Counted from the stretch's first letter, positions 44,269-57,949 are shown. The stretch is DNA of 64,000 bases from Eledone cirrhosa (GCA_964016885.1 OZ024740.1:374356001-374420000), one strand, 5' to 3'. The notes: a model not told the origin generated them from the sequence alone. Numbers and translations are program-made.

Positions 44269-45720
44269 ATATTGTTATATTTGAGGAAGGTCATATTGTT
44301 ATAATATTGCCAAATAATTAATCACAGTCAGTTTCATTTGGATTGGTTTTCGCTTCTGTATATTTTATATCCATATAGTTATTTTAGTTTGAAATATGAT
44401 TGACCAAGAGTTAATCCTGTGACATCATCGGTAGTATTATTATGTTTCCTCCTGCTGTATCGTAATATATATTCAATTTGTATTCCTATTTATTTATTTA
44501 TTCTTGTCTCTGTTTGCGCATGCTTTTGTGTGTGTGTTTTCTGTTTGGTGTGTGTTCGTGTCTGAGTCTGTGTGTTTGTATTCTATCTTTGTTCACTAGT
44601 TTATGTGTAGGTGTTTTTATTGTACCTGTGTATATTTATTTATATTTATCTGGGGTAACTATTGTGTGTTTGTGTATGGTTGTTGATGTTGTTAGTTCAT
44701 TCATTCGTTCTGTTCAACTTCGGTTTTCTTAGTTGCTTCTCTTATTAGTCTAACTGTTGAGTTATTTCAATGTTTAGATATTATTATAATGTCTATGTCG
44801 TCTATATTACAACCATGCCTTTGTCTGGTGTGTTCATATTGTACCAACCATCTTTTTGTCCCTTTTAGTTCACCCCAGTGTTGGTCTAATCTCTCCTCTA
44901 TGATCGGAGGTGTCACTCTTATGTATGTTGTCGTCATGTTTCAGCAAGTAGATCCTTTCTTAGGGCCTTTCTAAATTGGTTAGCTAATTCACCTCAAGGA
45001 GTTGCATCCACCAGCATGGCATTTTGGTATTTCTGGTTGTCATACGAGGAAGTGGCTTTCCCTATCTTATGTTTAGTCATATCTATGCTATTCCATGGTT
45101 TGCTCTTGTGTAATGGGAAAATCCCTTTCATATCCATCTCTATACGGGCCTTATATTTCTCCGTGGCTCTTTTGTACACCCTGATTATGTATCTTTTGTT
45201 GTAGCCAGAGAACTGCATGCGATTGATGAAGTGTTATATGTGTCTTTCCAGTTCAGTTTGATTGCAAACGCGGGACACATTCTTCATCACACTTACCAAG
45301 TCTGAGATCAGAATATTAAATTTAGCACTATTGGACATCGCTGAGCTTTTGTGTATATGGCATTTGGCTTTTATCGTTTATATTGTTTAACCAGAATTCA
45401 GTGTCTAATACTGGTAGTATTTTGTTAGGGTGTTTGAAAGGGTAATCGATAGTTACTGTTATGCTTTGGTGTATGGAATTAGCTATCTTCCGGATGATCT
45501 GCATTGTGTTAGTTTTTAATTAGAGCTTATTGGGCCTCTCTTGCGGGGGTGTTTTAATAAATATATTGATATCATCTACGTAACCAGAGTACATGACTAG
45601 GGCTATGGAATTCTCTTCTAGGTGCGATCCGAGACTCCATTCCCACCATACCATAATTAGTATGGCAACATCGCCAGCTATGCTGACGCCAATGGCCAAT
45701 TCCTCATCCTAGGTGTACCT
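44265..45720 (-). mobile_element. Decayed Penelope-like element (RT core and thumb)
   Basis: Minus-strand translations LAIGVSIAGDVAILIMVWW (~45630-45700), SGYVDDINI (~45575), LPVLDTEFW and MQFSGYNKRY...FPLHKSKPW...VDATP. The 3' end 44265-44390 is similar to 32690-32810. Confidence 0.75.
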
Positions 45721-45747
45721 TTCCTCATATATATATATTTATATATA

Positions 45748-45854
45748 CAGGTTTTCCCCCAACAATGATTACCTACAGGGTCAATATTTACCTACAGAGA
45801 CAATATTTATTAGAATGCTGCTGAAGTGTGTATACATTTTTGGGGGACAACCTA
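45748..45854. mobile_element. Tc1/mariner-type MITE
   Basis: Imperfect TIRs CAGGTTTTCCCCCAACAATG / CATTTTTGGGGGACAACCTA, flanked by TA. Confidence 0.6.
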
Positions 45855-45876
45855 TATATATATATATATATATATA

Positions 45877-45990
45877 TAGAAGTGGTTACACAACAGTTAG
45901 TTCACCATACCGAGAACAATTGTTGAGGATCCGCTAAGGTGAAACAATTGTTGTCGGTATGGTGAACTAACTGTTGTGTAACCACTTCTA
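45877..45990. repeat. ~48-bp-arm near-perfect hairpin (PLE-type fold-back) centred on a partial hammerhead motif
   Basis: TAGAAGTGGTTACACAACAGTTAGTTCACCATACCGA...TCGGTATGGTGAACTAACTGTTGTGTAACCACTTCTA. The centre reads TGAGGA-T-CC-GCTAA-GG-T-GAAAC-AATT-GTT. Confidence 0.85.
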
Positions 45991-46051
45991 CCTAACTTGT
46001 CCCATGGACTGAGTGCTCTACCACTACGGATATTACCTTCTAGTGTTCTAC

Positions 46052-46131
<80 letters not shown>

Positions 46132-47129
46132 ATAATAATTGTTTCTACTTTTGATACAAGGCCAGCAATTATACCAGTGCATTACTGGTACTTTATTTCA
46201 CTATTAAAATAAAATAATTCGGCAGAATCTAATGAAAATAAAGGAAGAAAATATAATGAAAAAACTCTTGTTGAGCCTAATTGTTTCAAAATTTGAACCT
46301 GGTTCGCCAAATATATAGGAGGAAGTAACTCCCCCAATGAACTCCCACCAACATAGTGGCTTATGTTAGTGTTTATAAAATGATGACGTTTCCCTGCTTC
46401 TCCGTTTGTACATTGCGCAGTTTTTTCCAAAAACTCTTACATGTGGATTTTGTCTAGACCTCTTTCTGTGGATTTTCAGCTGATATACAGACTGCTTTGC
46501 GAAAAAACCGTATGGTCAATGGAGTAAGACAAGTTATATACAAGTAATTGTGACCAGGATATCCACTATAGAGAAGCTGTCAACCACAAGCTAACTATAG
46601 CCACTAAAGAACAACTGTTGGCCACAAGCTAAATTTTGCTACTTTAGAAGAGCTATTCAACTTATTTACAGACAACCCCATGACATCTCAATTTTACAGA
46701 TTATCTCGAATTACACTGTAAACAAGGTTTGCTCTCTTCACCTATTTAAACAACCAAAACAAATTACACATGCAGAGACGTAACGCTAAATACTGACAGG
46801 TGCGTGTGGCTCCAATATCTTGTTTTCTGTTCATCCTCCTTCTTCGCTGATTTATTCCTGCGATGGTCGTGTGAGAAAAGTCCTTAAACACGACTTCCAC
46901 GGAGCCGACTCTGTCAGTATCATCCGTCTTTCTTTGATCCGGGTGGATCGTCGAAACTACACCAGCAACTTAAATTTCACTTTAAATGGAATTATATTAG
47001 CTAATCTCGCCAGGATTTAAGTACTTAGCTATTTAACATAAAAAAATACTATCGGTATCCATATATACGTGGGTGAGCTGAAACGTTCATAGGCTGGATA
47101 TGTAAGAGTGATACCTGGCTGTGAAATCT

Positions 47130-47545
47130 TCTTCTTCGACCACATATCTCTAAGTGGATCCTGTCAGATTCTGTCAGAAGCAACCGTCTACAACAGATCT
47201 TGCCGGATACCTAATCGCGACCAGCCAAGCTCATGGATGCTATCCAACCATCTTCCCCGGGGTTCTTTCCTGAGACATTCTAAACACATGCCCATAAAAT
47301 CAGAGCTATGATCTCACAATTCGGAGAAGTAGCTGCTCTACCTAGAGTGACGTTCTGATCTCCGATCTACGCCCTTTGTCGAGTACTGTTACTCGAAAGA
47401 CTCTTCTGAGGAATCGCATTACAGCCGATTGAATTCGTGATCGTTTTCTTTCAGTCATTACACAAGATTCATGACAATACGCATGGGTTTGCGCGAAAAT
47501 TGTATTGAAGGCATCGAGTTTGGCCTTTACGCCTACGTCCCTCGC
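47130..47545 (-). mobile_element. 3' fragment of the RTE family at 13040
   Basis: GAAGCAACCGTCT, ATGGATGCTATCCAACCA and GATCTCACAATTCGGAGAAGTAGC are shared with 13105-13520. Confidence 0.75.
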
Positions 47546-47559
47546 TTCTAATTGCTGAA

Positions 47560-47660
47560 AGCCTTTACGCTTTGGCTTCTAACTAACACACCAATCTTTC
47601 CTCTCATATCTCCTCTACTATCTCAATCTCTCTCTTTAAGATTGGTTACTCTTGAACTGT
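47560..47660 (+). mobile_element. Short PLE-A leader fragment
   Basis: Reverse complement of ~53997-54102. Ends at CTTGAACTGT before (TA)n, the same end point as the 37029 copy. Confidence 0.75.
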
Positions 47661-47681
47661 GTATATATATATATATATATA

Positions 47682-47904
47682 TTTATTAAAATAACAGGTT
47701 AAAGCTTAAGCAAAGAATCGCTGCTTTCACCCTTAACGGGTTAGTTTCAGAAGATCCCGTTAAGGGTGAAAGCAGCGATTCTTTGCTTAAACTTTAATCT
47801 GTTTTTTTAATAAATATTTGCTCTACGGTTCTTATATATTTGATATATATTTATCCTTATCGAGCCCTCTTTGGATTTTAGTCTTCACATTTATTATTGT
47901 TACT
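47682..47904 (+). mobile_element. Family B terminus with 5' inversion
   Basis: 47682-47740 is an inverted copy of 47756-47817. Matches 27541-27720 and 57770-57935. Confidence 0.8.
47743..47793 (+). ncRNA. Type I hammerhead-like motif, family B (U4A core)
   Basis: Stem I AGTTT/AAACT; core CAGAAGA; stem II T-CCC-GTTAA-GGG-T; GAAA; stem III AGCA/TGCT; putative CUU cleavage triplet. Confidence 0.55.
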
Positions 47905-47976
47905 ATATATATATATATATATATAGAATAAGGAAAAGCGAAGTAGTTTCAGATGTTCAAGTCCTTTAATAATAAT

Positions 47977-48050
47977 GCTGTGATATATATTTCAGTGACG
48001 ACACTGGCCACACTGTTCTGTGTGCGAGTGTCGTGTCATCATCAGACAGC
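47977..48050 (-). ncRNA. Type I hammerhead ribozyme, copy 1
   Basis: Minus strand: GCTGT-CTGATGA-[stem II ACGACACT/AGTGTCGT plus CACAC/GTGTG]-GAA-ATATATAT-C-ACAGC. Stem I is GCTGT/ACAGC, stem III is palindromic, and the triplet is AUC. Confidence 0.8.
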
Positions 48051-49280
48051 GTGTTACATAATAAGGTTATGTTTCCGAGGTAATCCAAATTGGATCGACA
48101 AGGGAACGGATGAATTGCGTGTTCTTGGGTTTTTCATCCGCTCCCTTGTGAGTACCAATTCACCCCCACCGGCCTGCGCAAGCGCATGTCCGAAGGAAGT
48201 TGACCATTCGCCACCGCAGACTTCAACGAAATTTGCTTAGTCAGTTCACCCTGTCCACCAAAACAATGGCCCACCAATGCCTGAACCATATTTTACTGCT
48301 ACCCATCACGGCTGTGGCAGACAGCCGAGAGCCAGAGGGGATGGGAGAGTGTTAGTTTTTACAGGTCATAATACTACCCCTCACTAAGCGTTGACGGTAC
48401 GACTGACCATCACCTTATTAGGGAAAATAAACTTATTCTAGGTATCATGGTTTTACGTTGGTAGTTAAGAGTGAGAGTTGGAAATAAAAATTAAAATCCT
48501 AAATCAAATATCAGAAATTATAAATTAAACAATTAAAAATTAACAATTAGAAATTAAAGAATTAAAAAAAGAATTTAAAAAAAATTATTTTCAGGTGATA
48601 ATTCGGATTGAGGTGAGTAAAAATATAGACTGAAGTGAGTAAATAATATGGAGAGAGGTGTTTAAGTAATATGTTCTGAGAGGGATTCTAGTGTCACAGT
48701 TACACTATCCACATATTGAACGACGGTGTCGTACATTATAAGTACAGGGCTCCAGGCATTAGTGAATCTGGCACACAGTCCTAATTTCCATCATATGGAA
48801 CAAAATCAAAGAAAAACAGACATAAAGTGCACAAAAGAAAAGAACAGAACCAACAGTGAATAAATGCAAAAACACAGAGTACATATGTGATCCATATGAT
48901 TGTCCATCTGTCCATGTATAGATTCAATTGAGAGGGCCTCTGTTCAAGTGCGATTTGGTGCAGGAAAATAGGGGTTTATCCTATTATTTGTTTCCGCGTA
49001 TTTTTCCTGCCGAAAGTTATTATTATGTCCGTCCAGTGTAAGGAGTTTCCATCCCCATGGTAGAGGGAATTTCCGGGGTAGCTTATGGTTGGTTCCTCTC
49101 TTTTCCACCATATCGGTTACATCGTAAAGCGCTCAACTATTGGAGCTAAATTATTAGGCTAAATATTGATGCAATTCAATTCAAGCATTCAACGTACTTT
49201 TTCCACGTAGGAGTGACGGAGTAAATATCGAATAAGGAAAAGCGAAGTAGTTTCAGATGTTCAAGTCCTTTAATAATAAT

Positions 49281-49354
49281 GCTGTGATATATATTTCAGT
49301 GACGACACTGGCCACACTGTTCTGTGTGCGAGTGTCGTGTCATCATCAGGCAGC
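49281..49354 (-). ncRNA. Type I hammerhead ribozyme, copy 2
   Basis: Identical core and stems II/III to copy 1. One substitution (GCTGC) gives a C.A mismatch at the base of stem I. Confidence 0.7.
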
Positions 49355-49902
49355 TTGTTACATAATAAGGTTATGTTTCCGAGGCAATCCAAATTGGATC
49401 GACAAGGGAACGGATGAATTGCGTGTTCTTGGGTTTTTCATCCGCTCTCTTGTGAGTACCAATTCACCCCCACCGGCCTGCTCAAACGCATGTCCGAAGG
49501 AAGTTGACCATTCGCCACCGCAGACTTCAACGAAATTTGCTTAGTCAGTTCACCCTGTCATCCAAAACAATGGCCCACCAATGCCTGTACCATATTTTAC
49601 TGCTACCCATCACGGCTGTGGCAGTCAGCCGAGAGCCAGAGGGGATGGGAGAGTGTTAGGTTTTTACAGGTCATAATACTACCCCACACTAAGCGTTGAC
49701 GGTACGACTAACCATCACCTTATTAGGGAAAATAAACTTATTCTAGGTATCATAGTTTTACGTTGGAAGTTAAGAGTGAGAGTTGGAAATAAAAATTAAA
49801 ATCCTAAATCAAATATCGCTTTTCCTTATTCGATATTTACTCTTCGCTCCTATGTGGAAAAAGTACGTTGAGTGCTTGAATTGAATTGCATCAATGTTTA
49901 CC

Positions 49903-49953
<51 letters not shown>

Positions 49954-49959
49954 CATTCG

Positions 49960-50685
49960 GTTTCTAGTTGATATAAATGGTCGGATCTATTCATTGGACT
50001 CTTTGAGCATATTTATAAAAGATTATGGCGCACGTCTCTCAGTCATGACATCCTTAACTTAATGTTGGCTATATATACGTCTCCTTAATTGTAGAGCTAA
50101 CACAGTTGAAAGGATTTGGCTGCTATTTCTTGCTGTCGATAATCCTATTCACGCCCCTGGGATGACGCTCGCACGATGTATGCATTTTTTTAAAACATGC
50201 AAAACGTGCTTCGAGTCATTCACAGATTTGCATTTGCTGTGTAAACACATATAGTTAAATGTTCTCCGTTGCTGACGATCCTGAATTTGACAACTGTGAA
50301 TTACCGATTGATGGGGAAATATATTGATTTATTTATGAAATATATACAAAGGAGCTTAATCATTTAAAAAAGCTATTTATATTTGAAGTTCTCGTTAAAC
50401 TTTGTATATATGTCAATGGATTTCTAGTTGATATAAAATCTCGGATCTATTCATTGGAATGTTTGAGCATATTCTAAGTGTGACATTCTACATGTCACAC
50501 TTAATTTAATTTTGGTTGTATATGCGGCTCCTTAATTGTAGAGCTAACTCATTTGAAAGGACTTGGCTGCTATTTCCAGCTGTCGACAATCTTATTCACG
50601 CCACTGGGATGAAGGTGATACAATGTATGTATTTTTCTTTTAAATACAACACGTGCTTCGAGTCATTCACAGATTTGCATTTGAA
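49960..50685. repeat. Diverged ~270-bp direct repeat pair (49960-50235 and 50421-50682)
   Basis: Both copies share TTTCTAGTTGATATAAA...TCGGATCTATTCATTGGA...AATTGTAGAGCTAAC...TTGGCTGCTATTTC...ACGTGCTTCGAGTCATTCACAGATTTGCATTT. Confidence 0.8.
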
Positions 50686-50829
50686 AATATATATATATAT
50701 ATATATATATTCATTAGTTAAGCAAAACAAGACCACAAATTTCACAAGGAAGACATTATTGAAAGATTTTCAACATATTTTAGTTTGATGTAAGGGATGT
50801 AGAGAATAATAATAATAATATTAATAATA

Positions 50830-51008
50830 ATTGTTTCTACTTTAGGCAAAAGGCCAGCAATTACCCAGTGCATTACTGGTACTTTATTTTATCGACCACG
50901 TCGGATGAAAGGCAAAGTCAACCTCCGCGGGATTTGAACTCAGATCGTAAAGGGACGCAACTATGCTGGAAAGCATGGCGTCCGACCCTCTACCGATACT
51001 GCCAATCC
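50830..51008 (-). mobile_element. Full-length tRNA-derived SINE inside the 3' pseudo-LTR of PLE-A
   Basis: Minus strand: A-box-like TGGCAGTATCGGT, B-box GAGTTCAAATCC, central GACTTTGCCTTTCATCC...GGTCGATAAAATAAAGTACCAG, and a (TTA)-rich tail. Confidence 0.85.
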
Positions 51009-51018
51009 ACTAATGTCC

Positions 51019-51137
51019 GTTTACAATTGTTTCGATACTCCATATAATGTTTCTGGATCAAATGATTATAGATCATTATTGATCTGGTTCAGTTGAAAAT
51101 AATTAAGTTATGTAAAAATAGAGCAGCTCATCGGAAC
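51019..51137 (-). ncRNA. Hammerhead-like motif in the PLE-A 3' pseudo-LTR
   Basis: GTT-CCGATGA-GCTGCTC-[80 nt]-GAGTATC-GAAAC-AATT-GTA-AAC. Confidence 0.55.
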
Positions 51138-51520
51138 TTTAAAAGGATTATAAATTAAAATAAGGAGAGAATGATACATGAATGTAATGTTCCATATATT
51201 GGTATTTCACTATGGTGTCCTGGGTATATCTATTGTCTGCCATAATTGAGCAGTATTCTTCTGTCGAGGCTGCATTGTGTGGGATCGGCCTATGGGTTAC
51301 AAGATGGCCGCCAATAGACATATTTACCTTACTAATTAGAGAGAGGTTTCAGGGCAAGTAATTCCTCGAGAAATTAGAAATTGTGGGTAGTTCATATTTA
51401 AGAAGTGCTAATTTTTAATTTTTTAATTGAGAGACAAGTTAAGGGAGGTAACTTATAATTATCCAAGTTAGCTATAACTATTTAACTTATTAGCTACAAG
51501 TAAAAATGGTTGCTAGATGA

Positions 51521-53973
51521 CTATGTTGGGTCAAATATTCCGTTGACGAAGGAATTAGCCCTTCGATGTTGACAGCTAATAGTTACCTCCGTTCTATCGT
51601 TAATCGGTAGAGGTCGTGATTAAGTTATGTAATATGCTTCGGTAAGACAGAAGTCACAAGAGTTTCTTCGTCCATTGAACGGTTGGGCCCTAGCCAAAAT
51701 ATGCCATGTTTGTGAGTGTTCAATCTTGGTTAATTTAAGGTTTTTAATGAGTCTAGCTAGAGATGTCAAACATCTGTTGTTAGGGTCTCGGGAGGAAAAA
51801 GAGTGCGCGTTATAGCGTACCTTAAAAGGGTTGGAGGTAGAGCCGATATAGGAGCTGGTATACGAATCAGTTTTAACTGTGCACCTATAAACTATATTGG
51901 GTGTCAGGCAATGTCCATTTAGTGGGCATGCATTAGGGTAACGGCAGTTGCAGTTACTTCTCGGTTGTTTAAACTAAGCGGTTGGTCAGCGCTAGAAGAA
52001 TTAAATTGGGGAGGTGTGCTACTAGAGTAAGTATTGGTGTAGTGGCGTGGTGCAATTGATGGGGGGTGATGGTACCACGGTGTGGGAGTTATACTGTCTT
52101 AGTTTATCATGGTTACTGAATGCGATGTAGTTAGCTAGGTTGTGGAGAATGAGATTTTAATTTTTTTTTTTATTAAATAGTGTGTAGTATCTACAGTTGG
52201 AGAAAATGTTTAGATAGGATAGAGAAGAAGCGTTTAGGGATACTAGTGGCTAGATTAGATGAGAATGGGGGGTTAAGCCATGTAATATTCCTAGGTCTAT
52301 TCCTTCTAGGTGTACTAGTGGAGATGGTAGGGGCCTTCATAGGGTTATTATTACCTGGGCATTTGTAATTTGTCATTCCATTGCTCATTCCTATTCTAGG
52401 GTTGATTTTTAATTTGCTACTTCGAGTGGGAAGCAGGCCAGTGCCACCTTAAGGTTCCCTCTATAGGTGCTGTTACTGCTAAAATTCCGGCGAATCTGGC
52501 TATATGCTAAGGTATTTCTAGTTCTAATGTTAAGTTTATTATGGTTGTGGTGAAGTGCTGTGTTATGGCATTTAGGTATATAGTAAATGGACTGTTCATA
52601 ACCAGATTCAGAAAGAGCCTTATTATAATATGCTGCATGGTTTATAAATGTCTCCTGATTTGCCGATAGCATGGAGATCCTATATGAGATAGATTTGATT
52701 ACTGCTCTGATGACTGCCGGCGGGTGGTTAGAGTGTGGGCTAATATATGTAAGTATTTCACCTGGTTTATGATAAGTGTAATATAGGTTATTGTTAAGAT
52801 CTAGGGTAACGTCTAGGAAGTGTATTACTTTATGGTTCGGCTCGAAGGTGATAGAGAGACGTTATTTTTGAAGAATCAATGTAATTGTTTTTTGCGCAAG
52901 TTCTCGATTAGTGCAATTGTGGACTGCAAATAAGGCGTCGGCCCTATATATTCCGCCTTGCAAGGGTTGGATTTCAGCTCTGATGTTATGTAATAGGTAA
53001 ATTTCAAGTAAATCGGTGATTTGCCCAGAGTCACTTGAGCCTATAGTGATGTCAAAGTTGTCTATTCTGTATTTTCAAGTCCAGAGTGCTCCGTTGAATT
53101 CAATGATGTTCTGCCTAGCCATAAGTATGATGTCAATCTCATTATTTGTTACGTCAGAGTTGTTACTGGCTAGAGTTAATGCTTTGTTGAGCAGTGCCGG
53201 GGTTATTGGAGCGTAATAGCTGTCAATGTCAAATTGGAGGAATATCATAGATTCCTTGGATTTTACATCGGAGAACCATCTAATGACTTGGCTGGTGTTG
53301 GACCACAGTTTGTAGGTGACATTATCTCGTGGCCCAGGGGTGATCCTATCAAGAATGTTCTTACTGATACGACCCAAGTCGGATGTGGTGGGCTTATAAG
53401 TCTAATAGATGGGTTCACTATAAAATGTGGCTTGTGATCTTTGAGAGAAATCATTGGGGTTGTTTTTACATGAGGGTGGGTGAATCTATCCAGATGCAAG
53501 TCCTTAACCAAAGCCGGGGCTTTTCGGTTAAGTAAGTTTACACTGGAGGGTATAGTTTTTAAAAGTTTTTATTAAGTTTCAGGAGTCATGGTGTATAGAT
53601 GTTTAGTTTTGTCAGACATAAAATGTAAGAGGTGGCTATCTTTAAATTCTTTATAGTTGTTGCTAATTTTGTGAGGAAATTATTATTGTATCTATAATGC
53701 TTTTTGAATTTAATGCTCCTGACGAAGTTAAATAAATCTTTCTCAAAATGGTCCAGCAGGATGTTGTGTGGAGGGTTGTTGCAGGTGGTAAATCCATATC
53801 TGTCGGCTGTACTTCCGGCGTCAGCAGCACCCGCACTGTCGAGGTGGAAGGCCTTCCATCGTATTCTTCGGATGAAAGAGTTGACATTCTGTATTAGGAG
53901 TTTGAGGTATGTCTTCCTGTCCGGGATATGAAATGGACTTAAGTGATATCCTGAGTTCCTGCTTGCTCAACAT
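51521..53973 (-). pseudogene. PLE reverse transcriptase / GIY-YIG endonuclease ORF, disrupted
   Basis: Motifs in order: MLSKQELRISLKSISYP, FIRRIRWKAFH, KDHKPHF..PSIRLISP, FLQFDIDSYY, FDITIGS, GIYRADAL (YRDD mutated), HFLDVTLDL, HSNHPP, RNITWLNPPFS, CNCRYPNACPLNGHCL..IVY...YIGST, SCDFCLTE...SCQH. Several frameshifts and stops. Confidence 0.92.
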
Positions 53974-54307
53974 GGTGACTTCTAACAGGAAATAGCTACA
54001 GTTCAAGAGTAACCAATCTTAAAGAGAGAGATGGAGATAGGAGAGGAGATAGCAGAGGATAACAGAGATTGCTGTGTTAGTTAGAAGCCGAAGCGTAAAG
54101 GCATGTGCTAAAAGTGGAATATGCAGTGGAAGGCAGCTAGGTGGCTGGGTTCATGCAGTGGTTAGGTGCACAGAGCTGGAAATATTCGTTAGTTAAGCAA
54201 AGCATGACCACAAATCTCTCAAGGAAGACATTATTAAAAGGTTGTCAACATATTTTAGTTTGATGTGAGAGATGTAGAGAAAAATAATAATAATATTAAT
54301 AATAATT

Positions 54308-54480
54308 GTTTCTACTTTAGGCACAAGGCCAGCAATTACCCTGCACATTACTGGTACTTTATTTTATCGACCCCGTAAGGATGAAAGGCAAAGTTAACCT
54401 CGGCGGGATTTGAACTCAGACTGTAAAGGGACGTAACTATGCTAGAAAGCATGGCGTCCGACTCTACCGATACTGCCAAT
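54308..54480 (-). mobile_element. Same SINE inside the 5' pseudo-LTR of PLE-A
   Basis: Closely similar to 50830-51008 and at the identical position within the repeat. Confidence 0.85.
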
Positions 54481-54587
54481 TCCCGTCCGTTTACAATTGT
54501 TTCGCTACTTCATATAATGTTTCTGGATCAAATGCTTATAGATCATTATTGATCTGGTTCAGTTGAGAGAGAGAGAGAGAGAGAGAG

Positions 54588-57133
<2,546 letters not shown>

Positions 57134-57221
57134 TAAATATACTCCAAATACTTGTTGAGTGCTTTTATATCAGTTATAAATATTTACTAGTTGTAACCCA
57201 ACAATTTAAATATAACTTTCC

Positions 57222-57252
<31 letters not shown>

Positions 57253-57429
57253 ACATGTGTATTTGGTGTATACATGCGTACGTGTGCTGGTACAGGCGTT
57301 GCGTGGGTTTTTGTATGTGTGCGCGAGGTTTTGTGTACGTGCCTGTATTTGCATACACATGGCGGGTGTTTTTGGATACACATGTCTATATATTTATATA
57401 TTGTTGATTTCAATAAACTCTGTAATTTA

Positions 57430-57935
57430 TTTACATTATTCTTAACTCTGAAGCAGAGAATCATTCGGTTTCCTAAATAGAATTTTAGTCGACGACTTCA
57501 TTTATAACATAAATAGTGGTTTTGTCTTTGCGTGTAATTGTTCTCCTTGGTCCACATAATGACGTATTATCTTCGTTTTTCCCGTTCATTCCTAAGATTT
57601 CATTTATACCATTAACGTAGTTTTGTCTTTGCGTGTAATTGTTTTTACTGCTCCAAATAATAAGGTTTTTTTTGTTTCGTTCTTTGCCAGGGAACCAAAG
57701 TATCGTCTTCCTCTCTTCCTTCGTTTGCATCGGTTTTCGAAATATTTACCTTTGCGTTCACAAATTGATATTTTTAGTTTCAGACGATCCCGATATCGGT
57801 GAAAGCAGCGATTATTTGCTTAAAATCTAATCTGTTATTTTAATAAATATTTTCTCTACAGTTTTATATGTTTGCGATTTATTTATACTTATCGAGTCCT
57901 CTTTGGATTTTAGTGTTCAAATTTATTATTATTAC
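57430..57935 (+). mobile_element. Family B element (PLE-terminus-like) with hammerhead-like motif at 57776-57826
   Basis: Matches 27810-28390. Motif: AGTTT-CAGACGA-TCCCGATATCGGT-GAAA-GCA...TGCT-T-AAAAT. Confidence 0.7.
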
Positions 57936-57949
57936 TATAATTATTATTA

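Larger units (their letters stand above)
47926..49906 (-). mobile_element. Non-coding retrozyme-like or non-autonomous PLE-like element: ~587-bp direct repeats (period 1304 bp) plus a terminal inversion
   Basis: 47926-48512 and 49230-49817 are near-identical. 49818-49906 is an inverted copy of ~49152-49243. Flanked by (TA)n, with a hammerhead in each repeat and no recognisable coding capacity. Confidence 0.85.
50712..54566 (-). mobile_element. Near-full-length Penelope-like element (PLE-A) with C-terminal GIY-YIG and direct pseudo-LTRs
   Basis: 50712-51095 is repeated at 54184-54566. A single disrupted ORF lies between the repeats, and the element is inserted in (TA)n/(GA)n. Confidence 0.9.

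Noticed and set aside
46182-46520. Possible pogo/Tigger transposase remnant (GELLPP motif)
   Set aside because: Only one short motif and no TIRs identified, which is too weak to call.
47953-49544. Duplicated 95-aa ORF (47953-48240 and 49257-49544) as a small gene pair, or the repeats as true LTRs
   Set aside because: The ORF is antisense to the hammerhead, has no recognisable motif, and is conserved only because the repeats are near-identical. The repeats lack TG...CA ends, PBS and PPT.
51521-52000. Selenocysteine (in-frame TGA) usage in the PLE Cys motifs, as described for some Naiad PLEs
   Set aside because: The Cys codons I read are ordinary TGC/TGT, the endonuclease is C-terminal, and the nearby in-frame stop is TAA, which is a sense codon in the 37029 copy.
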